From Candidatus Falkowbacteria bacterium RIFOXYA2_FULL_47_19 (GTDB lineage: Bacteria; Patescibacteriota; Patescibacteriia; Patescibacteriales; UBA12075): DNA of 64,000 bases. Under the pieces are notes generated by a model, which saw only the letters and a list, made by a program, of their open reading frames with translations, was not told where the DNA came from and ran no database searches. This document shows positions 53,133 through 63,097 of this stretch, piece by piece (the first letter of the stretch is position 1; every line of letters starts with the position of its first letter). Location: the NCBI GenBank assembly GCA_001780275.1, contig MFGB01000007.1:66280-130279 (forward strand), in the 5' to 3' direction. The position numbers and the translations under genes were made by a program.

Positions 53133-55433
53133 ATGGACTATAAAATAGTACAACTAGGCTTAACCCCCGGCAAAAACGCCAATACCGTGGGGGATATTTT
53201 TATAGCGGAACCGGATACGACCAAAGAATCGCTGGCCGGCCGGATTTTTGTTTTGATCGAAGTTGAATCTAAGCGGTCCGAAGGGGTAAAAATAATTAAC
53301 TTCCTGCTGGACAACATCAATTACAACTATTATCAGAACGAAAAGATCTATTTGCGGGAAAGGATAAACGCTTTAAAGGTTGAGTATATTTTTGAAGCGG
53401 CCCTGGCCAAGGTCAATAAAAATTTCCTTGATTATCTGAAAAGCGAAAAAATAAACCTGCCGATTAGCGCCCTGAACATAACCGTGGGGCTTATATATAA
53501 AAACGAGCTTTATTTTTCCGGTTGCGGGAAAAATCGGGCCCTGCTTATTTACCGCGCGCCGGATACGAGCCGAAGCGGCGCTAAAAAAATGCCCGCTGAG
53601 AAAGATCCCGCTTCCGTCAGAAAAGAATATTCGCTCTCTGACATATCGGAACAGACGGGAAACGGAGAGCTTAAACCGGACGGACCCGCCATTCAGACGA
53701 AACTTTTTTCCAATGTCATTTCCGGCAAGATCCCGAAAAACGGTTTTTTCGTTTTTACGAACGAAACCCTGCCCGAATATATTTCCGGGGCGCAGCTAAC
53801 CAGGATAATAACGACCCTGCCGCCGCTTTCCGCCGTCGAACAGCTCAAGAACACCCTGTCTAAAATAAATTCGTATGTCTCCTTTTGGGGTATTATCATA
53901 AAAAACACCCAATTCGAAAAAGCGGAAGAAACGAAACAGCAATCATCGTCTAAAGATTCCGTCGTTGATCTTTCCCGAACCGAGGAAAGAACCGAGAACT
54001 TATTGGCCCCCTCCGGCATCATAAACATAAAAAAACCGCTCTCGTATATCGGGTCTCTCCTGCCCGGATCGGATAAAGCCATGTCGGGCATCGGAGGCGC
54101 CATGATCAAGGACAAAATTTTCGTCAAGAAAAAATCGGTTGCCAAAAAATTAAATCTTATCCTGAAAAACTTTTTTACTTACGCGCTTAATTTCCTGTTT
54201 TTCGCGGCCAAATGGCTGTCCTCCCGGGGATCAATTAAAAAAACCGTTTCCGGATTAGGGTTAAAATTAAAAAATTCCACGGAATTCCTGTCCCTTCCGG
54301 GTTTAACGCTCAATAAAAGGAACAAAGCGCTTCTGATCGTGGCGGTCGTGTTTCTGGTTTTTTTCATCGTTAACCTGTCTTTCATGAAAGCGAAAAAGAA
54401 CCGGCAGGCAGAATTGGAAAACTATGAAAACCTTTCGGCCATGATCGAGCAAAAGCAAAACCAGGCGGAAGCCAACCTGCTTTACTCGAACGAAGAAGGG
54501 GCTAAGAAATTATTCGATGAGATCAGCGGCCTTATGGGAAGCCTGCCGCAGGCGACCGAAGAGCAAAAATCAAGATTCGCCGATTTTACGGAAAAATATA
54601 ATTTGCAATTAGAGAAGATCAGGCGCATTACGAGGATAGACGAACCGGAAGAGGTCGCCGATTTTAAAAATCTGACCAGTTCAGCCGATCCGGCTAATAT
54701 TATACTCTCGGCAAACAACGGGAAGATCTATGCCGCCGATTCCGGACAAAGATCTATTTATATCCTGGAGATCGCCGACCGCCTGGTCACGACGGTTACC
54801 GATCTCGAGGAACCGATGGAAGAGCTGCTCCTGCCTGCCCAGGCGGCCGAACGCGTTTATTATCTCAATAAAACCAACATCATTGAACTTGATCTTAAAA
54901 CGGAAGAATTATCCCCGCTGAATATCGATCTCGACGCGAATAATAATTATATGGGCGCGGATACCTATAACGAACGACTTTATCTCCTTGATAATAAAAA
55001 CGGACAAATAATACGTTACGCGAAAAATGGCCGGGCCTTTTCCAGCGCTTATTCCTGGCTCCAGGAAAACACAGACCTGTCGGCGGCGGTCGATCTGTCT
55101 ATCGACGGCCACGTTTATGTTCTTAAGAATAACGGCGAAGTTATAAAGTTCCTGCGCGGCCAAACGGTTGAATTCGCGTTGGAAGCGGTCGATCCGCCGA
55201 TAGAGCAAGCTTCAAAAATATTCGTTTCGCCGAAAAATAATTATATTTACATTCTCGATCCGAAAAGCCAGCGCCTGATCGTCTACGATAAAACCGGCCA
55301 ATTCCAGGCCCAATATACATCAAAAACCTTTACTGATCTAAGGGATTTTGCGGTCGATGAAACCAGCCAGGAAGTTTATCTCCTCTCCGGCGCCAAGGTG
55401 CTCAAGATCAAGATCGGCCAAGAAAACGAATAG
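53133..55433 (+). CDS. Hypothetical membrane protein (766 aa): N-terminal cytoplasmic domain, TM span, C-terminal beta-propeller-like repeats
   Basis: The TM span is ALLIVAVVFLVFFIVNLSF. The C-terminal repeats are IYAADSGQRSIYILE, LYLLDNKNGQIIRY, VYVLKNNGEVIKF, IYILDPKSQRLIVYD and VYLLSGAKVLKIK. Any similarity of the N-terminal domain to a degenerate PPM fold is weak. Confidence 0.75.
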   Translation: MDYKIVQLGLTPGKNANTVGDIFIAEPDTTKESLAGRIFVLIEVESKRSEGVKIINFLLDNINYNYYQNEKIYLRERINALKVEYIFEAALAKVNKNFLDYLKSEKINLPISALNITVGLIYKNELYFSGCGKNRALLIYRAPDTSRSGAKKMPAEKDPASVRKEYSLSDISEQTGNGELKPDGPAIQTKLFSNVISGKIPKNGFFVFTNETLPEYISGAQLTRIITTLPPLSAVEQLKNTLSKINSYVSFWGIIIKNTQFEKAEETKQQSSSKDSVVDLSRTEERTENLLAPSGIINIKKPLSYIGSLLPGSDKAMSGIGGAMIKDKIFVKKKSVAKKLNLILKNFFTYALNFLFFAAKWLSSRGSIKKTVSGLGLKLKNSTEFLSLPGLTLNKRNKALLIVAVVFLVFFIVNLSFMKAKKNRQAELENYENLSAMIEQKQNQAEANLLYSNEEGAKKLFDEISGLMGSLPQATEEQKSRFADFTEKYNLQLEKIRRITRIDEPEEVADFKNLTSSADPANIILSANNGKIYAADSGQRSIYILEIADRLVTTVTDLEEPMEELLLPAQAAERVYYLNKTNIIELDLKTEELSPLNIDLDANNNYMGADTYNERLYLLDNKNGQIIRYAKNGRAFSSAYSWLQENTDLSAAVDLSIDGHVYVLKNNGEVIKFLRGQTVEFALEAVDPPIEQASKIFVSPKNNYIYILDPKSQRLIVYDKTGQFQAQYTSKTFTDLRDFAVDETSQEVYLLSGAKVLKIKIGQENE

Positions 55434-55489
55434 CGCGCCGCTTCAAACAAAACAGGCCTTTCGACCTGTTTTTTATTTGATTCATTATT

Positions 55490-55518
55490 TTGACAATATA
55501 ATGATTTTCGGGTAAACT
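55490..55518 (+). promoter_or_regulatory. Sigma70-like promoter of 55575..56117
   Basis: TTGACA (55490-95), a 17-nt spacer, then TAAACT (55513-18). Confidence 0.45.
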
Positions 55519-55574
55519 CCTTTAAAGATAATTAAAAATGGACTTTTACAATATATCACGTTAACGGAGGGGGA

Positions 55575-56117
55575 ATGGACAGAATAATCACTGATAAAAG
55601 AATGTGGCGCCAGGAGTATCTTATCTGGAAAAAAATTTTGGATGTCCACTTCCGGGACGTAGCCGGAAATTTTATTTTTCCCAGACAAAAATATTTCTAC
55701 GGCGTGAAACCGTCGATAGCGGAATCCCAAAAAAATACGAGCGGCCCGCGCGATCTCTTCGGCGCGATCTGGTGGGATTGCCCTTACGGTATCAGGCTTA
55801 ATTTTTTATGGCAGACTATCGCCTGTCTCGGCTTTACCGTCAAGGACGAAAAAACTTTACGCATCGAACAGCTGCAGGGCGTCTTGGGAAAACGGGAATA
55901 TCTTAAGGGCTTAAGATGGGAACGGATGCTGATCAGACTGCTTATCAAAGTCGCTCCAGGGCTGGGATACGAAAAAATTTACGTCCAACCGGGTAAAAAC
56001 AACCGTTGGGTGGGGAATGACCTCAAAACATTCAAATTACGTTATGATGTAAGCGCTAAAAGAGAGGGCTTTAAATACGATCCCGAAAACGGCGATTACG
56101 TTTTAAAATTAACTTAA
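55575..56117 (+). CDS. Hypothetical protein (180 aa)
   Basis: The RBS is GGAGGGGG. No family was recognised. Confidence 0.65.
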   Translation: MDRIITDKRMWRQEYLIWKKILDVHFRDVAGNFIFPRQKYFYGVKPSIAESQKNTSGPRDLFGAIWWDCPYGIRLNFLWQTIACLGFTVKDEKTLRIEQLQGVLGKREYLKGLRWERMLIRLLIKVAPGLGYEKIYVQPGKNNRWVGNDLKTFKLRYDVSAKREGFKYDPENGDYVLKLT

Positions 56118-56171
56118 AAACAAAAGACGAGGATAAAATCCCCGTCTTTTTAAATAATACCTGTCGTTTAT

Positions 56172-56600
56172 TTATTTCAGGCTTACCTTGGCTCCGGCCT
56201 CTTCCAGCTGTTTCTTCATTTTTTCCGCGTCTTCCTTTTTAACGCCTTCTTTCACCATTTTCGGCGCGCCGTCCACGAGATCCTTGGCGTCCTTAAGACC
56301 CATCTCGGTAATAGCCCTGACCGCTTTGATGACCGCGATCTTATTTCCTCCCGCTTCAGTCAATTCGACATCGAAGCTGGTTTTCTCCTCAGCGGCGGGA
56401 GCGGCGGCAGCCGGACCAGCGGCCATCATCATGGCCGGGGCGGCGGCGGATACTCCGAATTTCTTTTCCAGGATCTTGACCAGTTCGGCCAGATCGAGAA
56501 CGGACATCTTTTCGATCTCTCCGACCAAAGATTTGAATTTGTCGGGCACAACCACTTCTTCGGCAGTGTCCTTGACTTCTTGTTTTTGTTCGTCTGTCAT
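56172..56600 (-). CDS. rplL: 50S ribosomal protein L7/L12
   Basis: Motifs are [22 protein letters not shown], an Ala/Pro hinge, and [53 protein letters not shown]. It has a ~20-aa N-terminal extension. Confidence 0.92.
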   Translation of the reverse strand: MTDEQKQEVKDTAEEVVVPDKFKSLVGEIEKMSVLDLAELVKILEKKFGVSAAAPAMMMAAGPAAAAPAAEEKTSFDVELTEAGGNKIAVIKAVRAITEMGLKDAKDLVDGAPKMVKEGVKKEDAEKMKKQLEEAGAKVSLK

Positions 56601-56661
56601 AGTTTTTATCCTATAACCCGTAACGGGTTATATTGTATTAATTTATTATAAAAAACGTCAG

Positions 56662-57189
56662 TTAAGCTTTTTTCTCTTCGATAGCCTTAAGTACATAAAC
56701 GAGATTGCGTAAATTTCCGGCTAACGCGTTAACAAAACCGGACACCGGCGCGTTTAAGGAACCGACCAATTTAGCGTATAATTCCTGCTTGCCCGGTAAT
56801 TTAGATAAGGCTTCCACCTGGTCCGGGGTCAAATATCTGTTTTCCAGGATTCCGCCCACGAAATCCAATTTATCCGCGTGGGTTTTTTTGAATTGGCCGA
56901 CTATTTTAGCGGGAGCGACCTCGTCATTATACCCGAAAATAGCCGCTACCCTTCCTTCCATATTCCTGATATCGAGGCCGGCGATATTTTTGTCCTTAAA
57001 AACCAGGCTAAGCAGGGTTTTCTTGGCTACGTAGTATTCGCTTTTTTCGGCATCTAATTTCTGCCGCAAATCCTCATTCTCTTTAACGGTCAATTTGTCG
57101 AATTTGGCGAAAACCACGGATTTGGCTTGATCGACCTTACTCTTTATATTATGGAGTATGTCTCTTTTTTGTTCTTTGGTTTTTGGCAT
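56662..57189 (-). CDS. rplJ: 50S ribosomal protein L10
   Basis: The motif is KSVVFAKFDKLTVKENEDLRQKL. It lies immediately upstream of rplL. The start was moved to the ATG at 57189. Confidence 0.88.
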   Translation of the reverse strand: MPKTKEQKRDILHNIKSKVDQAKSVVFAKFDKLTVKENEDLRQKLDAEKSEYYVAKKTLLSLVFKDKNIAGLDIRNMEGRVAAIFGYNDEVAPAKIVGQFKKTHADKLDFVGGILENRYLTPDQVEALSKLPGKQELYAKLVGSLNAPVSGFVNALAGNLRNLVYVLKAIEEKKA

Positions 57190-57379
57190 AATTTTCTCAT
57201 AGGGTAACGCATAAGGTAACGCGCTACGACAAATATTTAGAAATTTATTAAAACAAAAAATCCGTGCCACAGCCACAGATTTCACGAGTAAAAAACAAAA
57301 AATTTTTCTTGTTTTATGCCTCGGCAGGTCTTATGGCGCTTATGCCGCCTGCTGTCTGTGGCGCTTGATTGTTATAGTT

Positions 57380-57407
57380 ATATTAGCATATTTTAAAAAA
57401 ATGTCAA
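57380..57407 (-). promoter_or_regulatory. Sigma70-like promoter upstream of rplJ
   Basis: The minus strand reads TTGACA (57402-07), a 16-nt spacer, then TAATAT (57380-85). This leaves a leader of ~185 nt. Confidence 0.5.
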
Positions 57408-57478
57408 ATTAGCCAATATTAAACAAAAAATATAATCAAACCCTAAAAAACCTAAAAGCTTTAGCCTAAAAGCAAATA

Positions 57479-59839
57479 CTATTTTTCACTGTAATTAAAC
57501 ACCGGTCCGACCGCCATGATATTCTTTTCGCCTATTTTATAGACCAAAACCACGAATTTAACGCCATTTATGCTTTCGGTCATCTCGTTAATCGCCCGCG
57601 GATTCAATATTATGTCTTTCTCGCCGGCATTCTCAACTATATTCTGTCCCACGAATTCGGTTATGAACCGGCGGTCATCGATATCCCAATCTTCGCCCGA
57701 TAATTCTTTTCGGGCGATATCGAGTATTTGGGCGAACCGGCTGTTTATTTCCTTAAGCTCGACGGAAGCCGCGTTGGTCTTTTTTGTTACCCTGAGCACA
57801 TTCATCATTTCCGAAAGCATATCGTTCTTGGCCATAAGTTCAGCGATAAAACCGATATTGGGTTCAACATAATCATAAAGACTCTCCTGGCTGTATGATC
57901 CTAAACCCTCCTCAACTTCGTGATAACCGGCTAATTTATCCGCCGGCAAATGTAGATTTACCCAGCCGCCCAGGACCGTATTTATATCTTTTTGATTATG
58001 CCAATCATTATTCTTCATGAACACCGGCACATAATCGCTATCATACTTCAATAATCGCTTGGCGATATCAAGAGTTGACCAATAAGCGTTGTTGTTCCAG
58101 GCGTTGATATCGAACCGGTCTATTTCTGATTTAAGGCTCTTTATCCGTTCGGGATAGAATTCGTAGGCGGTATTAACGCGGAAATAATCGCTATCGATCA
58201 ATCCCGGATCAGGATGGATAAGATTAACGACATCAAGACTTAACCCCCGGCATCGGTAAAACATCGTTCGGTTTCTGGTGTGGCAGGCCGTAAACGGCGG
58301 TTTGATCTTATTGGACGCCTGACTCAGGATACCTTCTCCCGTAAGATGGTTGAATATATAATCATTGGGCCAATACGATTCCTGAAGCATTCTCATGCCC
58401 AGATATCTTTTATTTTTTTCGTCATGCCGGTTTATCCCTCCCTCCATGTCGAGAAAAGTAAAACGGGCTATCCTTTCCTGAAGTTTTTTCATGTCCGCGT
58501 CCCGATTAACATTATCCGCGGCAAAAATATCCTCGATCTTATAATCTTTACCAAAAACATCCGTAAGCGCCTCCCGATAATGCAGGTAGGTAAGATCCTG
58601 CCTTAAGCCGGTAAAAAAAGAAACGAATTTATAAATAATCGCCCATTGGTTCTTTATGTCCTGGTTTTCAGACATGTCCTTGGTTATGAAGCAGGCAGCC
58701 GCCAGATTTATCGACCAATCGTCGCGATCCAACACGCAATCCGGGCAGCTTTCCTGACGCTCGTACAGCGGAAAATTTGAATTCAGCCATTTTAAAGTAA
58801 GATAAAAATTATTGAGTTTGGCGTTTTCCTGATAATGGCGGGGAACGGTAAAATCGGCATAATTCCGTTCATAAAGCATAACCGGTGATTTTTTGGTCAA
58901 CTCCCCTCCCCGGATCAGGTCAACCTCTTTAAATACGTCGTCTTCCAGCGTGGACGGCATGACGAAATTGTAAGATTCCGCTTCCTTTACTTCGAATTTG
59001 CTGTTATCGGTAAGATTCGGCTTTTTATTGATCTGCGCCTCGATCGGCTGGAGAAGCCTTAAAGCGACCGCGTAATAAGCCATCTCCAGACGCATTGCTT
59101 CAAGCACGGGATCATTAGCCGTGCCGACGGCCGCCAACCGCATTTTATATCGGTTGAGGGCGATTGTATACATCCGCTTATTGATATTCCAGATATTTTC
59201 GAAAAAAGAGGTTTTTTCTATATCCTTGAATACGTCCTTAAGGGTATTCTGGAAATAATACAGCAGAAAATCGCTCGTTATCACGAGCGGGATCTCCTTC
59301 CGGCCGAGCAATCTATAAGCGCTATAAAAATCTTTTGCCTCACCGGCGAACTGATTATCTATGACCGCGAATCCGTACCTGTTTATATGGTCCAGATAAG
59401 GATCAAGATTGATCTTCCTGGAAATATCGTAATAATTGGAGACATCCACCTTTACGTTGATCGGTAATCCGTAATCTTCGTTGTCGGCTTCGAAATCAAC
59501 AACCGGCCGTTTATAAAAATATCCGAAAGTCAGATACTCGGCTTTAATATCCGCGTTAAGCATGTCGATATCGATATCGCTGCCGTCGCCATTACCGTAA
59601 TCCCCAGGCAGACCGATCACCGGCGTGGTGGAGGCGACCGGCTCAGAAACTACGGGTTGGTTTTCTTCCGGCTTTATGAAAAAAATATAGATCACCCCGA
59701 TCCCGATCATGATCAGGGCGGCCAGGCCGATAACGGCGTACAGGCCGATCTTCGATAAAAACGGACTATTATATTCTTTCCGGCTGAATTGAGGGGGCTC
59801 TCTATATTGGTCGGGCTTGGTTTTGTTTTCTATAAACAT
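57479..59839 (-). CDS. Hypothetical membrane-anchored protein (786 aa), possibly DUF3160-like
   Basis: An N-terminal TM span (IGLYAVIGLAALIMIGIGVIYIFFI) is followed by a large extracytoplasmic domain. The family call rests only on remembered motifs (..FTVPRHYQENAKLNNFYLTLKWLN..) and is tentative. Confidence 0.75.
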   Translation of the reverse strand: MFIENKTKPDQYREPPQFSRKEYNSPFLSKIGLYAVIGLAALIMIGIGVIYIFFIKPEENQPVVSEPVASTTPVIGLPGDYGNGDGSDIDIDMLNADIKAEYLTFGYFYKRPVVDFEADNEDYGLPINVKVDVSNYYDISRKINLDPYLDHINRYGFAVIDNQFAGEAKDFYSAYRLLGRKEIPLVITSDFLLYYFQNTLKDVFKDIEKTSFFENIWNINKRMYTIALNRYKMRLAAVGTANDPVLEAMRLEMAYYAVALRLLQPIEAQINKKPNLTDNSKFEVKEAESYNFVMPSTLEDDVFKEVDLIRGGELTKKSPVMLYERNYADFTVPRHYQENAKLNNFYLTLKWLNSNFPLYERQESCPDCVLDRDDWSINLAAACFITKDMSENQDIKNQWAIIYKFVSFFTGLRQDLTYLHYREALTDVFGKDYKIEDIFAADNVNRDADMKKLQERIARFTFLDMEGGINRHDEKNKRYLGMRMLQESYWPNDYIFNHLTGEGILSQASNKIKPPFTACHTRNRTMFYRCRGLSLDVVNLIHPDPGLIDSDYFRVNTAYEFYPERIKSLKSEIDRFDINAWNNNAYWSTLDIAKRLLKYDSDYVPVFMKNNDWHNQKDINTVLGGWVNLHLPADKLAGYHEVEEGLGSYSQESLYDYVEPNIGFIAELMAKNDMLSEMMNVLRVTKKTNAASVELKEINSRFAQILDIARKELSGEDWDIDDRRFITEFVGQNIVENAGEKDIILNPRAINEMTESINGVKFVVLVYKIGEKNIMAVGPVFNYSEK

Positions 59840-59947
59840 ATGCTTATATTATAACATTTTTTTAAAAAAATAAAAAACGCCCGATTGGCGTTATTTACAC
59901 ATGCCAGGAAGGATCATTAACTTCCTGATAATTACTTTCCTTTAGGA

Positions 59948-60973
59948 TTATTTTAAATACTTGGCCTTGTTCCTTAAATGCTCCTCATAATTGCGGCCGA
60001 ATATGGTTTCACCTGTGTCCTGGCGATTCAAATAAAATAAATAAGGGCTTTTTTCCGGATAGATCGCCGCTAAAATAGAATCCAAACCCGGATTCGATAT
60101 CGGCCCCGGCGGCAATCCTTGGTATTTGTATGTATTATAAGGCGAATCGATCCGCAGGTCTTCCGCGGCGGAACTCGGATTATCTTTTCCCGTTATGTAG
60201 TTTATGGTCGCGTCCACCTCAAGCTTCATGCCCGATTCCAGGCGTTTATAAAGTATGCCGGCCACGATCTTTTTGTCCTCAAGACCCCGTACTTCTTTTT
60301 CTACGATCGAAGCCAGGATGATTATATCGTGAATGGTTTTACCTTTTAAGGCTATATCGGCGCGCGCCGCCGGGGTCAACTTGGCGTCGAAATTCAAAAG
60401 CATTCTTTCGATGATGTCCTCGGCTTCGGCATCCCGGTAAATCCGATAGGTATCCGGAAACAAGTAACCCTCCAGTCGGGCGTCATCGGGAGCGTTTTTA
60501 AGAAAGTCCGGTCTGGCAAAATCAAACGTCCAGTTTCCGATCTCTTTTTTGGAGAGTCCGGCGAACGCGTCTTTCGATATTACGCCGTTTTCCGCCAGAT
60601 ATCGATCGATATCGTCGATATTCCATCCTTCGATTATTTTTATTTCCCTTTCCCGATTAAGCGATTTCCCGGAAGATAATATGGCCGCGATCTCCTTAAC
60701 GGACATGCTCGAATTAAGCGCATATTCGCCGGCCTGCAGAACGGATTGTAGTCCGGAACGACGGATGTATATCTTAAAACAAAGTTTTGACCTGATCAGG
60801 CCCGCTTCGATCAAATTTTGGCCGATCCTGTCCACGCCCTCGCCCGAACCGACCACGAAAACCATGTCCTTGCCAAAGTCGTCGACCGCATTAATACCCT
60901 GATTATAGGCGGCAACACAAAAAATCGCGCCTATTGCCAGAAAGATAGCTATATATTTGAATATTTTTAACAT
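59948..60973 (-). CDS. mltG: Endolytic murein transglycosylase MltG (YceG family)
   Basis: It has an N-terminal TM span and the signature EGYLFPDTYRI. Confidence 0.88.
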   Translation of the reverse strand: MLKIFKYIAIFLAIGAIFCVAAYNQGINAVDDFGKDMVFVVGSGEGVDRIGQNLIEAGLIRSKLCFKIYIRRSGLQSVLQAGEYALNSSMSVKEIAAILSSGKSLNREREIKIIEGWNIDDIDRYLAENGVISKDAFAGLSKKEIGNWTFDFARPDFLKNAPDDARLEGYLFPDTYRIYRDAEAEDIIERMLLNFDAKLTPAARADIALKGKTIHDIIILASIVEKEVRGLEDKKIVAGILYKRLESGMKLEVDATINYITGKDNPSSAAEDLRIDSPYNTYKYQGLPPGPISNPGLDSILAAIYPEKSPYLFYLNRQDTGETIFGRNYEEHLRNKAKYLK

Positions 60974-61006
60974 AAAAATCTTATAGATATTCCCGAAAGT
61001 TAAGAT

Positions 61007-62089
61007 CTATAAATATTCATTCTTATTTTTCGCTTTAAGATGCTCCACCACCTTCTTGGCTTCGTGCGAATTCTCCAGACTGGAAATGAACAATGCGTCC
61101 TTAGTATCGACGATCACCAGGTTCTTTACGTCATTAACGGCTACTATCTTTTTTTTATTGGTGGAATAAACGAGATTGTTCTCGGAATCAATGGATATTA
61201 CCTCTCCTTTGGTAAGGTTTCCGCCGTTGCCTACGATCCTTTTGATAATATGCCATTTGCCGAGATCGCTCCAGCCGATCTTGTTGGAAACGCTCATGGC
61301 TATGTGATCGCATTTTTGGGTAATGGCGGATTCGATGGTCATCTTCTCAAGTTTGCCATAAAGCTCCTGGGCGGCGGCAAGATCATTTTTTTCCGCGATC
61401 AGGGCCGCGACCATCTGGCAGATCTTGTACATTTTCGGCCTCTTCTTCCGGAATAAAGAAACAATATTCTTGAGCTGCCAGATATACATGCCGGTGTGGC
61501 AGTAGTAGACTCCGGAATCGATGATCTCCTGGCAATAATCCTGGTTGGGTTTTTCCACTACCTTAGCCACCGTATAAATAGTTTCTTCCCCGTTTTCGCA
61601 TAATTTACTTCCGGCTTTAAAATAAGAATAACCGGTATCGGGATAATCCGGCCGGATCGCGGGGGTCAGGATGTATTCCGGATTTTCTTTTAAGAATTCC
61701 TCGGAAACACTAAGCAGCCGGCGGAACGCGACATCATCGGAAATATAATCATCCGACGGCAGACTGGCCACGATATCTTCTTTTTGGCATCTCCTTTCAA
61801 GAAAACAAACCTCAAGGCACATGGCCGGACCGGTGTTGCGGGTGTCGGTTTCGATGATAAGATTTTCTTTTTTTAAACCCGGCAATTCGCGCAAAGTTTT
61901 TTTCACGAAATCCTTATTTACCGACACGTAAAGATCGTCCCGCCCTTTAAGGGCGGGCAACACCCGCTTATAGGTAGTTTTTATCATTGACTCTTCGCCG
62001 ATCACTTTTTGGAATTGTTTAGGGTTGCTTATCCGGCTCATGGGCCACAGCCTTGTGCCCGTGCCTCCGGCCCTGATTACGATTTTCAT
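61007..62089 (-). CDS. Sugar-phosphate nucleotidyltransferase (mannose-1-phosphate guanylyltransferase-like)
   Basis: The N-terminal motif is IRAGGTGTRLWPMSR (GGxGTRLxPLS type). Confidence 0.75.
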   Translation of the reverse strand: MKIVIRAGGTGTRLWPMSRISNPKQFQKVIGEESMIKTTYKRVLPALKGRDDLYVSVNKDFVKKTLRELPGLKKENLIIETDTRNTGPAMCLEVCFLERRCQKEDIVASLPSDDYISDDVAFRRLLSVSEEFLKENPEYILTPAIRPDYPDTGYSYFKAGSKLCENGEETIYTVAKVVEKPNQDYCQEIIDSGVYYCHTGMYIWQLKNIVSLFRKKRPKMYKICQMVAALIAEKNDLAAAQELYGKLEKMTIESAITQKCDHIAMSVSNKIGWSDLGKWHIIKRIVGNGGNLTKGEVISIDSENNLVYSTNKKKIVAVNDVKNLVIVDTKDALFISSLENSHEAKKVVEHLKAKNKNEYL

Positions 62090-62326
62090 AATATTCTTTA
62101 ATACGGTTTTATTCTATAAAAACATAAAACTTTAATACTCTAATTTTAGCAGACAGCGATACATCGGGCAAGACGGCGTGCCTGTTATTATTAGTTCTCC
62201 CTCGTCATGAACTTTATCCACTTGCCATTTATCCTAATCTGTGATATAATAAAAATATAGTGAATACTGAATCTGTTCCAAAATAAACGGATTCATTGTT
62301 TAAAAACAAAAAATAAAAACAAAAAA

Positions 62327-63097
62327 ATGAAAATCAAAAATAAAGAATTTTTGGCTTTATATTGGCTAAAAAATAAAAAGGTATTTGTGTTATCCCTATT
62401 TATGATGTTTATGGGGATTTTTTTATTGCCAAAGGTGGCTTGGCTGTCATCAATTACGGAAGAAAATATAATCAGGCTTACCAATAATGAAAGAATGAAA
62501 AATAACCTAGGGACCTTAACCTCCAACGAACTTCTTACAAAGGCGGCTTATCGCAAAGGCGAAGACATTATGGCTTCCGGCAGGTTCCAGCACAATTTCG
62601 GAGACCGATCGTTTTCCGCCTGGATAAAAGAAGCAGGTTACAATTATACTTTTGCCGGAGAAAATCTGGCCATTGACTTCGTTACAAGCGAAGGGGCGCT
62701 TAAAGCCTGGCTAGCCTCTCCGACGCACCAGAAGAACATCCTTAATGATAAATTTACCGAAACCGGCGTGGCCGTCATAAACGGCAATTTCCAGGGTAAT
62801 GACACCACGCTGGTCGTGCAAATATTCGGCTCGCCCCTATTGATTTCTTCTGTTTCCGGATCAGTCGCGGAGGGCCGGCAGATTCTCGAGGAGCCGGCGC
62901 CTGTCCCTCTCCTGTCCGTCAGGCGGAATTACGGGTTAAAATCGCTATATTCCAACTATGCTAATCCGCTCAAACTAATAATATCCATATTAACCTTCGT
63001 GGTTTTCCTCGTGTTTATGAGTGCTCTGGGGCGCTCGGCAAATGTCCAGAATTTTTTTACGGCCAAAAATAAACAATTAAGATTGCCGCTAAAATAA
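62327..63097 (+). CDS. CAP/SCP (YkwD-like) domain protein with N- and C-terminal hydrophobic spans
   Basis: Motifs are RLTNNERMKNNLGTLTSNELLTKAAYRKGEDI, GENLAIDF and AWLASPTHQKNILNDKFTETGVAV. Confidence 0.75.
   Translation: MKIKNKEFLALYWLKNKKVFVLSLFMMFMGIFLLPKVAWLSSITEENIIRLTNNERMKNNLGTLTSNELLTKAAYRKGEDIMASGRFQHNFGDRSFSAWIKEAGYNYTFAGENLAIDFVTSEGALKAWLASPTHQKNILNDKFTETGVAVINGNFQGNDTTLVVQIFGSPLLISSVSGSVAEGRQILEEPAPVPLLSVRRNYGLKSLYSNYANPLKLIISILTFVVFLVFMSALGRSANVQNFFTAKNKQLRLPLK

Noticed and set aside
24375-57285. Long N-terminal extensions in track ORFs (GT2, tgt, cysS, rsmH, mraZ, rplJ)
   Set aside because: The extensions are AT-rich or repeat-derived, and one overlaps the upstream gene. They precede internal ATGs that match the canonical family N-termini, so the starts were trimmed.
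63057-63097. 41-bp convergent overlap between the CAP-domain gene and uppP
   Set aside because: 3'-end overlaps of this size occur by chance in compact genomes, and there is nothing to suggest regulation. The CAP gene tail may also be slightly over-called.
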